Below are positions 17,893 to 26,366 of a stretch of 48,515 nucleotides of DNA, piece after piece. Location of the stretch: positions 1-48,515 of the forward strand of contig WFPA01000074.1 of NCBI GenBank assembly GCA_015487815.1, given 5' to 3'. The notes beneath the pieces were generated by a model. It saw only the letters and a list, made by a program, of their open reading frames with translations, had not been told where the DNA came from and made no database searches. Numbering within the stretch: the stretch's first letter is position 1; each line of letters opens with the position of its first letter. The stretch comes from Albidovulum sp. (GTDB taxonomy: Bacteria; Pseudomonadota; Alphaproteobacteria; Rhodobacterales; Rhodobacteraceae). The position numbers and the translations under genes are program-made.

Positions 17893-18824
17893 GGGGAGGT
17901 CACGGCTCCGGTGAGGGTGAGAAGGACGGGAATGGTGAGGATCGAAAGCAGGGTGGAAAGGAAGATCGTCGAGGAGATGCGCGCCGGGGCGATGCGGTAG
18001 TGTTCGGCGAGAAGATAGACGTTGCCGGCCGTGGGCAGGGCGGCACAGGCGACCGCGACACCTGCCGGGAAGCCGCCGGTGCCGACGAGGCGGGCGGCGA
18101 GCAGCACTGCAAGCGGGTGGAGGACGAGCTTGACGCTCGAGAGGCCGAGAGCCACCGCCGGCCGTGCGAGCCGGGCGCCGGCGAGCGAGGCACCGATGGC
18201 AAAGAGCGCCCCCGGCGTTGCGGCGTTGCCGAGAAGGGTCAGGAAGCGGTCGAAGGCGCCGTGCAGCGGCAGGCCGAAGGCCGACCAGGCGAGACCGGCG
18301 GCCATGGCGAGCACCATCGGGTTCGAGAGCCCGCCCTTCACCACCGGCCAGAGTGCGGCCAGCGAGGACGTGCCACCACGGGAAAGGGCGATGAGGGCGC
18401 CGATGAGCGTGCCGAACACGAGAAGGTCGGTCGCGAGCACCAGAAGGATCGGGCCGGCCGCGGCTTCGCCCATCAGTGCCACCAGCATCGGCACGCCCAT
18501 GAAGCCGACATTGCCGATCACGCTTGCCTGCGCCTCGATCACGGCTTCCTCGAATGGGGCGCCGCGCAGCCGGCCGGCGAGCATCACGAGCAGATAGAGC
18601 CCCCCTGTGCCGAGAAGGTAGGCGGCAAGGAGGGGCGGGTTGAGGATTGCGGCCAGATCGAGCGTGGCGGCAAAGCGGAACAGCATCGCCGAAAGGGCGA
18701 AGAGGAAGACGAAGCGGCTCAGCCAGCGCACGCCCTCGGCGGCGAAGAGCTGCGCGCGAACGGCGAGGAAGCCGCAGCCAAGCAGGGCGAAGAAGGGCAG
18801 GGCCTGCCAGAAGACCGCGGCCAT
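17889..18824 (-). CDS. AEC (auxin efflux carrier) family permease
   Basis: ATG at 18824 (MAAVFWQALPFF..), 2 nt after the mbfA stop. About 10 hydrophobic segments, with typical AEC termini. Confidence 0.8.
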   Translation of the reverse strand: MAAVFWQALPFFALLGCGFLAVRAQLFAAEGVRWLSRFVFLFALSAMLFRFAATLDLAAILNPPLLAAYLLGTGGLYLLVMLAGRLRGAPFEEAVIEAQASVIGNVGFMGVPMLVALMGEAAAGPILLVLATDLLVFGTLIGALIALSRGGTSSLAALWPVVKGGLSNPMVLAMAAGLAWSAFGLPLHGAFDRFLTLLGNAATPGALFAIGASLAGARLARPAVALGLSSVKLVLHPLAVLLAARLVGTGGFPAGVAVACAALPTAGNVYLLAEHYRIAPARISSTIFLSTLLSILTIPVLLTLTGAVTSP

Positions 18825-18826
18825 CG

Positions 18827-19804
18827 TCAGCCGCCGCCGATGAGCACGCCTGCGGCAAAGACCAGCACGCCCCCGAGCACGACCTGGAAGATCGCCCGAT
18901 GCCACGGAGTCTGCATGTAGCGATGCTGGATCCAGGCGATGGTCCACAGTTCGACGAACACGACCGCGATGGCGATGGCGGTGGCGAGCCAGAAATCGGG
19001 AATGAGATAGGGCAGGGCATGGCCGAGCCCGCCGATCGCCGTCATTATCCCCGAGGCGACACCGCGCTTCCAGGGCGAGCCCCGACCCGACAGCACCCCG
19101 TCATCCGAGGCCGCTTCGGTGAAGCCCATCGAGATGCCGGCCCCGATCGAGGCGGCGAGGCCGACCTGGAAGGTGGTCCAGGTGTCCTGGGTGGCGAAGG
19201 CGGTGGCGAAGATCGGGGCGAGGGTGGAAACGGAACCGTCCATCAGCCCCGCAAGACCGGGCTGCACCCAGGTGAGGATGAACTTGCGATGGGCGACAAG
19301 GTCTTCCTTGTCCTTGGCCCCGACTTCCTCGAGCTCGCGTTCGAGCTCCTCGGCCAGCTTCTCGTGCTTCGCCTCCTCGGCGGCGAGATCGCCGAGGAGC
19401 TTGCGGGTGTCGGCGTCGGAGGTGCGCTGGGCGGCCCGGAGATAGAAGTCGTGGGCCTCGCGTTCCATGAGGGCGGCTTCCTCGCGGATCCGTTTGATCG
19501 GCAGGTTCTCGACCAGCCAGACGGGGCGGCGCGAATAGAAGCCGGCGACATGCTCGCGGCGGATGAGGGGAATGGTATCGCCGAAGCGCTTCTTGAAGAG
19601 CTCGATCAGCCGCTTGCGGTGCTCGTCCTCCTCGCGGGCCATTTCCTCGAACATGCGGGCGGTGTTCGGGAAATCCTCGCGCAGCCGCTCGGCATACATC
19701 CGGTAGATTCGGGCGTCGTCTTCCTCGGAGGAAATGGCGAGGGCGAGGATCTCCTTCTCGGTGAGGTCGGAGAAATGCTTTCGCTGTCCGAAACCGGGGA
19801 TCAT
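18827..19804 (-). CDS. mbfA: Membrane-bound ferritin-like iron exporter MbfA (erythrin domain fused to a VIT1/CCC1 domain)
   Basis: ATG at 19804 after AAGGA. N-terminal four-helix di-iron motifs (EEDDARIY, EEDEHRKRL, EREAHDFY, AEEAKHEKL). C-terminal VIT1 membrane domain (GLAGLMDGSVSTLAPIFA..). Confidence 0.85.
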   Translation of the reverse strand: MIPGFGQRKHFSDLTEKEILALAISSEEDDARIYRMYAERLREDFPNTARMFEEMAREEDEHRKRLIELFKKRFGDTIPLIRREHVAGFYSRRPVWLVENLPIKRIREEAALMEREAHDFYLRAAQRTSDADTRKLLGDLAAEEAKHEKLAEELERELEEVGAKDKEDLVAHRKFILTWVQPGLAGLMDGSVSTLAPIFATAFATQDTWTTFQVGLAASIGAGISMGFTEAASDDGVLSGRGSPWKRGVASGIMTAIGGLGHALPYLIPDFWLATAIAIAVVFVELWTIAWIQHRYMQTPWHRAIFQVVLGGVLVFAAGVLIGGG

Positions 19805-19897
19805 GCCGTCTGTCCTTTCTGCTTTTCTGTCGTGCCCGGATGCGAGGGGGTTCGTGACCCGGAAGGTAGGGTCTGCACCCTGCCCTGGCAACTCCCA

Positions 19898-19921
19898 CCG
19901 GGCTGAATTCGTTCAGCCCGG
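19898..19921 (-). other. Perfect 10-bp inverted repeat (hairpin/operator candidate) spanning the methyltransferase stop codon
   Basis: CCGGGCTGAA-TTCG-TTCAGCCCGG. No U-tract follows on either strand. It lies about 95-115 nt upstream of the mbfA start. Confidence 0.4.
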
Positions 19922-20788
19922 CAGTCGCAACCGGGTCATGAGATAGATGTTGTTGCGGATGAAGTTTTCCGCCGTGCGGGTGCGCTGATTGAGACGCTGA
20001 TCGAGGCGCCGCCGCCGCCGCTCGTCGATGAAGAGGCGCAGGAGGGCGGCAAGGCTGCCCCGCAGCCAGGGCTTCTTCTCCCGCAGCTCCCGGTCGATGC
20101 GGCCGATGGCGAAACCGATGACATTGTAGAAATCCTGCTCGATCTCGACCGAGGGCGCCACGGCGCGGGTGATGTCCTCCTCGGCCAGCACCTCGAGGCC
20201 GAGATCGGCTAGTGCCTCGCGATAGCGCTCGATCCGGTGCCCGCCCCCGACCACGACCTCCTCGTTCTCCTTGCGGTAGTCGGGAGAACGGAAGCAGTCG
20301 GAAATGACGATCTCGCCTTTCTCGGCCAGAAGGCCCGCCGCCTTCTCGAGGGCGATCCGGGGCGGGATGTACTGGAAGCTCTCGGAAAAGAGGCAGATGT
20401 CGAAGCGCGTGTCGGAAGCGAAATCCTCGAACCGGCATTCATGCACACGCGCCGCCGGTGCGTTCTCCCGGCAGCGGGCAGCCAGCACTTCGCTCGGAAT
20501 GACGATCTCCACCTCATGACCGAGGGCGAGGAGCTTCCTGGCCGTCTCGCCGGCGCCGCCGCCGATGTCGAGGATGCGTCGCGGCCGGCCGTCGTCGAGC
20601 CCGGCGAAGGCGAAGAGTCGCGCTGTATAGGCCTCCTGTGCGCGGCCGAGATTGCCGGCGTTGATCTCGAGCCCGTCCCACAGCCCGTAATGCAGGTTCT
20701 CCCTGCCGGTGAGGAAACGGGCAGCGGCCAGGGCGATGTCGAGGCCGACGGCGCGGCTGTCGATCCGGTTGCGGCTGCGGCGGGCCAT
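19913..20788 (-). CDS. Class I SAM-dependent methyltransferase with a basic helical C-terminal extension
   Basis: ATG at 20788 lies 1 nt after the rppH stop, with GGGGAGGG 5 nt upstream. SAM motif ILDIGGGAGE. N-terminal HYGLW block. C-terminal RELREKK...RRRRRLDQRLNQRTR tail. Confidence 0.75.
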   Translation of the reverse strand: MARRSRNRIDSRAVGLDIALAAARFLTGRENLHYGLWDGLEINAGNLGRAQEAYTARLFAFAGLDDGRPRRILDIGGGAGETARKLLALGHEVEIVIPSEVLAARCRENAPAARVHECRFEDFASDTRFDICLFSESFQYIPPRIALEKAAGLLAEKGEIVISDCFRSPDYRKENEEVVVGGGHRIERYREALADLGLEVLAEEDITRAVAPSVEIEQDFYNVIGFAIGRIDRELREKKPWLRGSLAALLRLFIDERRRRRLDQRLNQRTRTAENFIRNNIYLMTRLRLPG

Positions 20789-20789
20789 G

Positions 20790-21296
20790 TCAGCCCTCCC
20801 CGGCATTGCCACCCGCGGCGATCTCGTCGATCAGCGGGCCGAAACGGGCGAAGATCCGGTCATAGAGCGGCCGTTTGAAGGGGATGATGTGGTCGAGCAG
20901 GGCATGGCGGTCGAGCCAGCGCCAGTCGCGGAACTCCGGGTGATCGGTCGCGATGTTGACGAGCTCGTCGCCCCCGTCGAGGCGAAACAGAAACCATTTC
21001 TGCTCCTGGCCGCGAAAGCGTCCGCCCCAGAGCTGCGGCACGAGGTCCTCGGGCAGGTCGTAGCGCAGCCATTCCGGCGTCTCGTCGATGAGGGTGACGG
21101 CGGAAGCGGGCACGCCGGTTTCCTCTTCGAGCTCGCGCAGCGCGGCTGCATGCGGCGTCTCCCCGGTGTCGATGCCGCCCTGGGGCATCTGCCAGGCGCC
21201 GGGGCTGTCGATCCGCTCGCCGGCGAACAGGAGGCCGTTGCGGTTGACGAGGGCCACGCCCGCACCGCGGCGATAGGGCAGATCAGCAAGGCTCAT
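20790..21296 (-). CDS. rppH: RNA pyrophosphohydrolase RppH (Nudix)
   Basis: Motif YRRGAGVALVN, Nudix box GGIDTGETPHAAALRELEEETGV, and QEQKWFLF. The start is ATG 21296, or possibly 21302. Confidence 0.9.
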   Translation of the reverse strand: MSLADLPYRRGAGVALVNRNGLLFAGERIDSPGAWQMPQGGIDTGETPHAAALRELEEETGVPASAVTLIDETPEWLRYDLPEDLVPQLWGGRFRGQEQKWFLFRLDGGDELVNIATDHPEFRDWRWLDRHALLDHIIPFKRPLYDRIFARFGPLIDEIAAGGNAGEG

Positions 21297-21619
21297 GGGC
21301 ATCCGCTCCCCGGGACTGGGTATCGAAATCACGGCAGGGAGTGGGCAATGGCGGCGGGAAAGTCAAGCAGTGGGCCCGCCACCCCGCCCGTCGCTCGAAG
21401 GGATGAGACGGATCCGAAGCAGGCTTGCGTCCGCATGGGCGCGTGCCGCTGCCGGACGCCGCAGGGTCCGCGGCCGATCGCCGGGGCCGCCGGCTGGTTG
21501 CCGTCCGCGGCAGGAGAAGCCCGGATGATTGCCCTGTCCGCTGTCTTGCCGCCGCCCCGACCGTGCCGGTGCGGCAGCGGCCGGCCGCTCTTGTGGAGCC
21601 GCCGGCCGAGGCGCCCATC

Positions 21620-22990
21620 TCAGTTCTTCGCCGGACTCCTTGCTCCGTTCCCCGCATTCAGCCCCTGGAGCACCTTCATGCCGCGCAGGAGGTCGATGGC
21701 GTAGGACAGCTGGAAGTCCTCGCGGCGCAGCTTCTCCTCGCGCTCGAGGGCCTTCAGCTCCTCTTCGAGCTTCTTCTTCTGCTCCGCGGTGATGGCATCG
21801 TTCTCGAGGCGGCCGCGAAGCTGGGCTTCCGAGCGGCGGAACCGTTCCGCCATCTTGTCGTCGCTCTCGGCCTTGGCCAGTTCGGGCAGGGGCTTGACGA
21901 CGACATCGGGCACGATGCCGAGTGCCTGGATCGAGCGGCCCGACGGTGTGTAGTAGCGTGCCGTGGTAATGCGGAGCGCACCGTTGCCCTGAAGCGGCAT
22001 GATGGTTTGCACCGAGCCCTTGCCGAAGGTCTTGGTGCCGACGATGACGGCTCGCCGATGGTCCTGCAGCGCCCCCGAGACGATTTCGGAGGCGGAGGCC
22101 GTGCCACCGTTCACGAGCACCACGATCGGCTTGCCCTCGGCCAGATCGCCGGGCGTTGCGAAGAAGCGTTCGCCGTCCTCGGGGTTGCGGCCACGGGTCG
22201 AGACGATCTCCCCCTTGTCGAGGAAGGCGTCGGCAACCTTGATCGCCTGGTTGAGCAGCCCGCCCGGGTTGTTCCGCAGATCGATGATGAAGCCGTCGAT
22301 CCCGTCCATGCCGCCCGCTTCCCTGGCGAGTTTCTCGATTCCGTCCTTCACGCCCGGATATGTCTGTTCGTTGAAGGTGGTGATGCGGAGAATGCCGAAA
22401 CGGCCCTCGAGCCTGGGCTTGACGGCGGCGATCTTGATCACGTCGCGGGTGATGGTGACATCGAAGGGTTTGTCCTTGCCCTTGCGGAAAACCGTGATGG
22501 TGATCTCGGTGCCGACCGGGCCGCGCATCTTCTCGACCGCCTCGTCGAGCGTCATGCCGAGCACCGATTCGCCGTTGATGTGAGTGATGAGGTCGCCGGC
22601 CTGGATTCCGGCCTTGGCCGCTGGCGTTCCGTCGATGGGGGAGACGACCTTGATGTAGCCGTTCTCCATCGTCACCTCGATGCCGAGCCCGCCGAACTCG
22701 CCCTTGGTGTTGACCTGCATGTCGGCGAAGTCCTTGGGCGGCAGGTAGCTCGAATGGGGATCGAGCGAGGTCAGCATGCCGTTGATCGCGGCTTCGACCA
22801 GCTTCTTCTCGTCCACTGGTTCGACATAATAGGTGCGGATGCGTTCGAAGGCGTCACCGAAGAGGTCGAGCGCCTCGTAGACGGTGAGCTTGCGCCCCTG
22901 CTCCTCGGCGATGAGTGGGGCGGCCAGCTGGGTCGTGAGGACGACTCCGAGGCCGATGCCGGCAAGTGCAAAGAGAACGAACTTCCTCAT
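21620..22990 (-). CDS. ctpA: Carboxy-terminal processing protease (S41), CtpA-like
   Basis: ATG at 22990 (MRKFVLFALAG..). PDZ region GIQAGDLITHINGE. Catalytic region GGTASASEIVSGAL ... TFGKGSVQ. Confidence 0.9.
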   Translation of the reverse strand: MRKFVLFALAGIGLGVVLTTQLAAPLIAEEQGRKLTVYEALDLFGDAFERIRTYYVEPVDEKKLVEAAINGMLTSLDPHSSYLPPKDFADMQVNTKGEFGGLGIEVTMENGYIKVVSPIDGTPAAKAGIQAGDLITHINGESVLGMTLDEAVEKMRGPVGTEITITVFRKGKDKPFDVTITRDVIKIAAVKPRLEGRFGILRITTFNEQTYPGVKDGIEKLAREAGGMDGIDGFIIDLRNNPGGLLNQAIKVADAFLDKGEIVSTRGRNPEDGERFFATPGDLAEGKPIVVLVNGGTASASEIVSGALQDHRRAVIVGTKTFGKGSVQTIMPLQGNGALRITTARYYTPSGRSIQALGIVPDVVVKPLPELAKAESDDKMAERFRRSEAQLRGRLENDAITAEQKKKLEEELKALEREEKLRREDFQLSYAIDLLRGMKVLQGLNAGNGARSPAKN

Positions 22991-22995
22991 GTGTC

Positions 22996-24165
22996 TCAAT
23001 CCTTCGAAGAGGTGAACCAGACGAGCGGATCCACCGGTTTTCCCTTCTCGCGGAGCTCGAGATAGAGCGTGGCCGAAGCGGGCGTGTCGAGCAAGGGGCT
23101 ATCGGTCGCGTCCTGCGGCACCGGCGGCCTGCCGGCTGCAAGACCGAGAGGGTCGCCCGTCACGACGACATCTCCGGTATCCGCGTAAAGGGTTCCCAGC
23201 CCGGAGAAAATGACGAGACGGGCCGGGTCGGGCTCCAGAACGATCACGTTTCCGTAGCGGGCAAGGGGGCCGGCATAACGCACGGTGGCATCGACCGGGC
23301 TTGTGAGGAGGCCGGCGGGCGGCAGGGCGAGCACGAGTCCCGGGCGGCGGATGCCTGCGGCATCGGCCTCGCCCGAGCGATAGAGGATGCGGGCGCCGCG
23401 GGGCAGGCGGGGCCGTGCGCGCGCGGGCGTCTCCTCATGGGCCGTGGCCGGATCGGAGGCCAGCGCGGCGGCGAATTCGTCGAGTGTGGCGGCCGAGCGG
23501 GCCAGATCGGCCAGGAGTGCCGCCTTGACAGGCACCAGTCGGCCGCGGCGGCGCTCGGCTACGGCAGTGGCGAGGCGGGCGCGCGCTTCCTGCAATTCGG
23601 CGAGGGCGGCGGTGATGGCCGTCACCATTTCCTCGCGGCGGCGGCGCAGGGTCTCGGCCTCGCGCCAGCCGGCAACGAGACGGGCAAGTCTTCTTCTGAG
23701 CCGCGCGCGACTCGTTTCGAGGATCATCGCCGCCCTGACCGCGGCCACAGGACCGCCATTATGGACAAGCAGCCCCGGCGGCGGGATGCGGGCGATGTCC
23801 ACGAGGGCGGCGAGAAGAGTCGCCTTGTCCGCGCGGCGGGCTGCAAGCTCCGCTTCGAGCTTGCGGCTGCGGATGGCGAGACGGCGCAGCTCGGCCCGCA
23901 TCTCGCCAAGAGCCGCCTCGTAGCTCTCGATGGCGGCGGCAAGGGCGCGGCGCCGTTCCTTGAGGTTCTCGGCCCGGGCGAGGGCAGCGCGGGCCTCGCG
24001 CAGCCGATCGGCGGCAATGGCGACCTTGCGCGCGGCCGGTGCCGTTGCGCCAGCGGGGGCGGCGGCGTGCCGGGCCGCCTCCTGCGCCACCGCGACACCG
24101 GCGGGCGATGCGGCCAGAGGCAGCATCCCGAGGATCAGGGTTCGCAGCAGGCGGGGGAGGTTCAT
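22996..24165 (-). CDS. envC: Murein hydrolase activator EnvC-like protein (coiled coil plus degenerate LytM/M23 domain)
   Basis: ATG at 24165 overlaps the gpmI stop. Signal peptide MNLPRLLRTLILGMLPLAAS. Long Ala/Arg/Glu-rich coiled coil. The C-terminal M23 fold (YGNVIVLEP..) has no HxxxD or HxH metal ligands. Confidence 0.75.
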   Translation of the reverse strand: MNLPRLLRTLILGMLPLAASPAGVAVAQEAARHAAAPAGATAPAARKVAIAADRLREARAALARAENLKERRRALAAAIESYEAALGEMRAELRRLAIRSRKLEAELAARRADKATLLAALVDIARIPPPGLLVHNGGPVAAVRAAMILETSRARLRRRLARLVAGWREAETLRRRREEMVTAITAALAELQEARARLATAVAERRRGRLVPVKAALLADLARSAATLDEFAAALASDPATAHEETPARARPRLPRGARILYRSGEADAAGIRRPGLVLALPPAGLLTSPVDATVRYAGPLARYGNVIVLEPDPARLVIFSGLGTLYADTGDVVVTGDPLGLAAGRPPVPQDATDSPLLDTPASATLYLELREKGKPVDPLVWFTSSKD

Positions 24166-25802
24166 CGGCCCTGTTCGACCGGGGTTTCCGCAATCGCGGC
24201 CCGGCCGGGCGGCTCGAGCGTGGAAGCGCCCCGTTCGATCAGGCTCCGCCCTGTCATCTCGGGCGGCTGCTTCAGCCCCATCAGCTCGAGAAGCGTGGGG
24301 GCGACATCGGCCAGCCGCCCCGGCCGCAGTTGCGCGTTCGCGGGACCGCCGACGAGGATCACGGGCACCGGATTGGTGGTATGGGCGGTGTGCGGCCCGC
24401 CGGTTTGCGGATCGACCATCAGCTCGCAATTGCCGTGATCGGCGGTGACGATCATAGCCCCGCCCATCTCGTCGAGGGCTTCGAGTGCGGCACCGAGGCC
24501 GCGGTCCACTGCCTCGACGGCGGCGATGGCTGCGTCGAGCACGCCGGTATGGCCGACCATGTCGGGGTTGGCATAGTTGACGACGATGAGGTCATACCGG
24601 TCGGAGCGGATCGCCTCGACCAGCCTTTCCGTCACCTCCGGCGCCGACATCTCGGGCTGGAGGTCATAGGTCGCCACCTTGGGGCTTGGCGGCATGAACC
24701 GCTCTTCCCCCGGCCAAGGCTCTTCGCGACCGCCGTTGAAGAAGAAGGTGACATGGGGATATTTCTCGGTTTCGGCGAGGCGAAACTGCTTTCGGCCGTG
24801 GAGCGAGAGCCATTCACCCAGCGTGTGCACGATGTCCTCGTTGGGGAAGACCGCTTCCATGAACGTGTCGTGCACATCGGAATATTCGACCATGCCGAGC
24901 ATGGCGGCGAAGCGGGGGCGGCCGCTCACGTCGAAATGGGCAAAGCCGGGCTCGCCCAGGGCGGAGAGAATCTCGCGCACCCGGTCGGCGCGGAAGTTGA
25001 TCGAGAAGAGCCCGTCTCCGTCCTTCATGCCCGCATAGCCGTCGATCACCGTAGGCTGGATGAACTCGTCGGTCTCGCCGCGGGCATAGGCGGCCTCGAT
25101 GGCGGCGATCGGGTCGGGTGCGATGAAGGGGCTCTCGGCTTCGGCCATGGCGCGGTATGCCGGCTCGATCCGCTCCCAGCGGTGATCGCGGTCCATTGCG
25201 TAGTAGCGCCCCGAGACGGTGCCGATGCGTGCCCCTTCGGGCAGGGCCTCCATGAGGTCGCGCAGATAGCCGAGGGCCGAGCTCGGCGGCACGTCGCGCC
25301 CGTCGGTCACGACATGGACGACGACGGGAATCCCTTTCCGGGCAAGCTCGCGGATAGCTGCCTTCATATGGTCGATGTGGCTGTGCACGCCGCCGTCCGA
25401 GACGAGACCGAACACATGGGCCGTGCCGCCCGATTGCCTGAGCGCAGCGATGAAGCGCCTGAGCGCCGGAGCATTGGCGAAGCTGCCGTCCTCGAGGGCG
25501 AGATCGATCCGGCCCAGATCCATCGCCACCACCCGACCGGCGCCAAGGTTCATGTGGCCGACCTCGGAATTGCCCATCTGCCCCGGCGGCAGGCCGACAT
25601 CGCGGCCATGGGTGACGAGGGTGGCGTGGGGGCAGGTGTGGAAGATGCGGTCGAAATTGGGCGTGTCGGCAAGGGCGGGGGCGTTGGCCTCGCGCTCCTC
25701 CCTGAGACCCCAGCCGTCGAGGATCATCAGCACCACCGGACGCGGCGGATGGGACGGCGCGGCGGCTGCGGTCTCGCGGGAGTTGGTGGAAGGGCGGCTC
25801 AT
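24162..25802 (-). CDS. gpmI: 2,3-bisphosphoglycerate-independent phosphoglycerate mutase
   Basis: GAGGAGG RBS. Motifs LMILDGWG, GNSEVGHMNLGAGR and TADHGN. Confidence 0.95.
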   Translation of the reverse strand: MSRPSTNSRETAAAAPSHPPRPVVLMILDGWGLREEREANAPALADTPNFDRIFHTCPHATLVTHGRDVGLPPGQMGNSEVGHMNLGAGRVVAMDLGRIDLALEDGSFANAPALRRFIAALRQSGGTAHVFGLVSDGGVHSHIDHMKAAIRELARKGIPVVVHVVTDGRDVPPSSALGYLRDLMEALPEGARIGTVSGRYYAMDRDHRWERIEPAYRAMAEAESPFIAPDPIAAIEAAYARGETDEFIQPTVIDGYAGMKDGDGLFSINFRADRVREILSALGEPGFAHFDVSGRPRFAAMLGMVEYSDVHDTFMEAVFPNEDIVHTLGEWLSLHGRKQFRLAETEKYPHVTFFFNGGREEPWPGEERFMPPSPKVATYDLQPEMSAPEVTERLVEAIRSDRYDLIVVNYANPDMVGHTGVLDAAIAAVEAVDRGLGAALEALDEMGGAMIVTADHGNCELMVDPQTGGPHTAHTTNPVPVILVGGPANAQLRPGRLADVAPTLLELMGLKQPPEMTGRSLIERGASTLEPPGRAAIAETPVEQGR

Positions 25803-25892
25803 CGGGGCCTCCTCGCTGGAAGCGGCACGGGCTGCCCTCTCATAGGACGCAGGCGCGGCATGGGCAAGGGAGCCCCCGATCGGCGGAATGTC

Positions 25893-26366
25893 TCAGGCCC
25901 GATGATAGGGCGAACCGGCAAGAATGGTGACGGCGCGGTAGAGCTGTTCGCTCAGCATGGCGCGTGCAAGAAGATGGGGCCAGACCATCGGCCCGAAGGA
26001 GAGCACCAGATCGGCTCGTTCACGCAGGGCGGGGGCAAGACCGTCGGCCCCTCCGACGAGAAAGGCGATGTCGCCGGCGCCGCCATCGCGGGCCGCGCCG
26101 ATCCAGCGGGCGAAATCGGGCGAGGACAGCATCTTTCCCCGTTCGTCGAGGGCGACGACCCTGCCCCCCTTGGGCAGGTGTTTCTCGAGAAGCGCCGCCT
26201 CGGCCTCCCTGCCGCCCTTCCCGCGCGGTTCGAGCTCGACGATCTCGAGCGGGCCAAGTCCGATCCGGCGGCCCTGCCGGGCGAGGCGGCGGCGGTATTC
26301 GTCCACAAGCTCGGCCTCCGGGCCGCGCCCCGCCTTGCCGATGGCAAGGATGTGCAGCCGCGTCAC
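25893..26366 (-). CDS. rlmH: 23S rRNA (pseudouridine1915-N3)-methyltransferase RlmH
   Basis: GTG at 26366 overlaps the rsfS stop (GTGA). Translation (M)TRLHILAIGK...ALDERG...FLVGGADG..LSFGPMVWPH, 157 aa, typical RlmH length. Confidence 0.85.
   Translation of the reverse strand: MTRLHILAIGKAGRGPEAELVDEYRRRLARQGRRIGLGPLEIVELEPRGKGGREAEAALLEKHLPKGGRVVALDERGKMLSSPDFARWIGAARDGGAGDIAFLVGGADGLAPALRERADLVLSFGPMVWPHLLARAMLSEQLYRAVTILAGSPYHRA

Noticed and set aside
19898-19921. GCTGAATTCGTTCAGC palindrome upstream of mbfA considered as an Irr iron-control element (ICE).
   Set aside because: The ICE consensus is TTTAGAA-N3-TTCTAAA. Here the half-sites are GAA/TTC with a 4-nt spacer and G/C-rich flanks, so it does not fit. 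It is kept only as a generic hairpin/operator candidate.
8069-21296. Possibility that the tRNA-Pro-proximal block is an integrated genomic island.
   Set aside because: The block has no integrase, transposase, phage or conjugation genes. I could not find a visible repeat of the tRNA 3' end by eye. Composition and codon style look like the rest of the window. It cannot be excluded without comparative genomics.
21283-21657. 124-aa minus-strand ORF, and the 77-aa plus-strand ORF (21295-21528), in the ctpA-rppH spacer.
   Set aside because: Their composition is extremely Arg/Gly/Pro/Ala-rich. They overlap both flanking genes and have no SD-start configuration. I treat the region as noncoding and flag it as unexplained.
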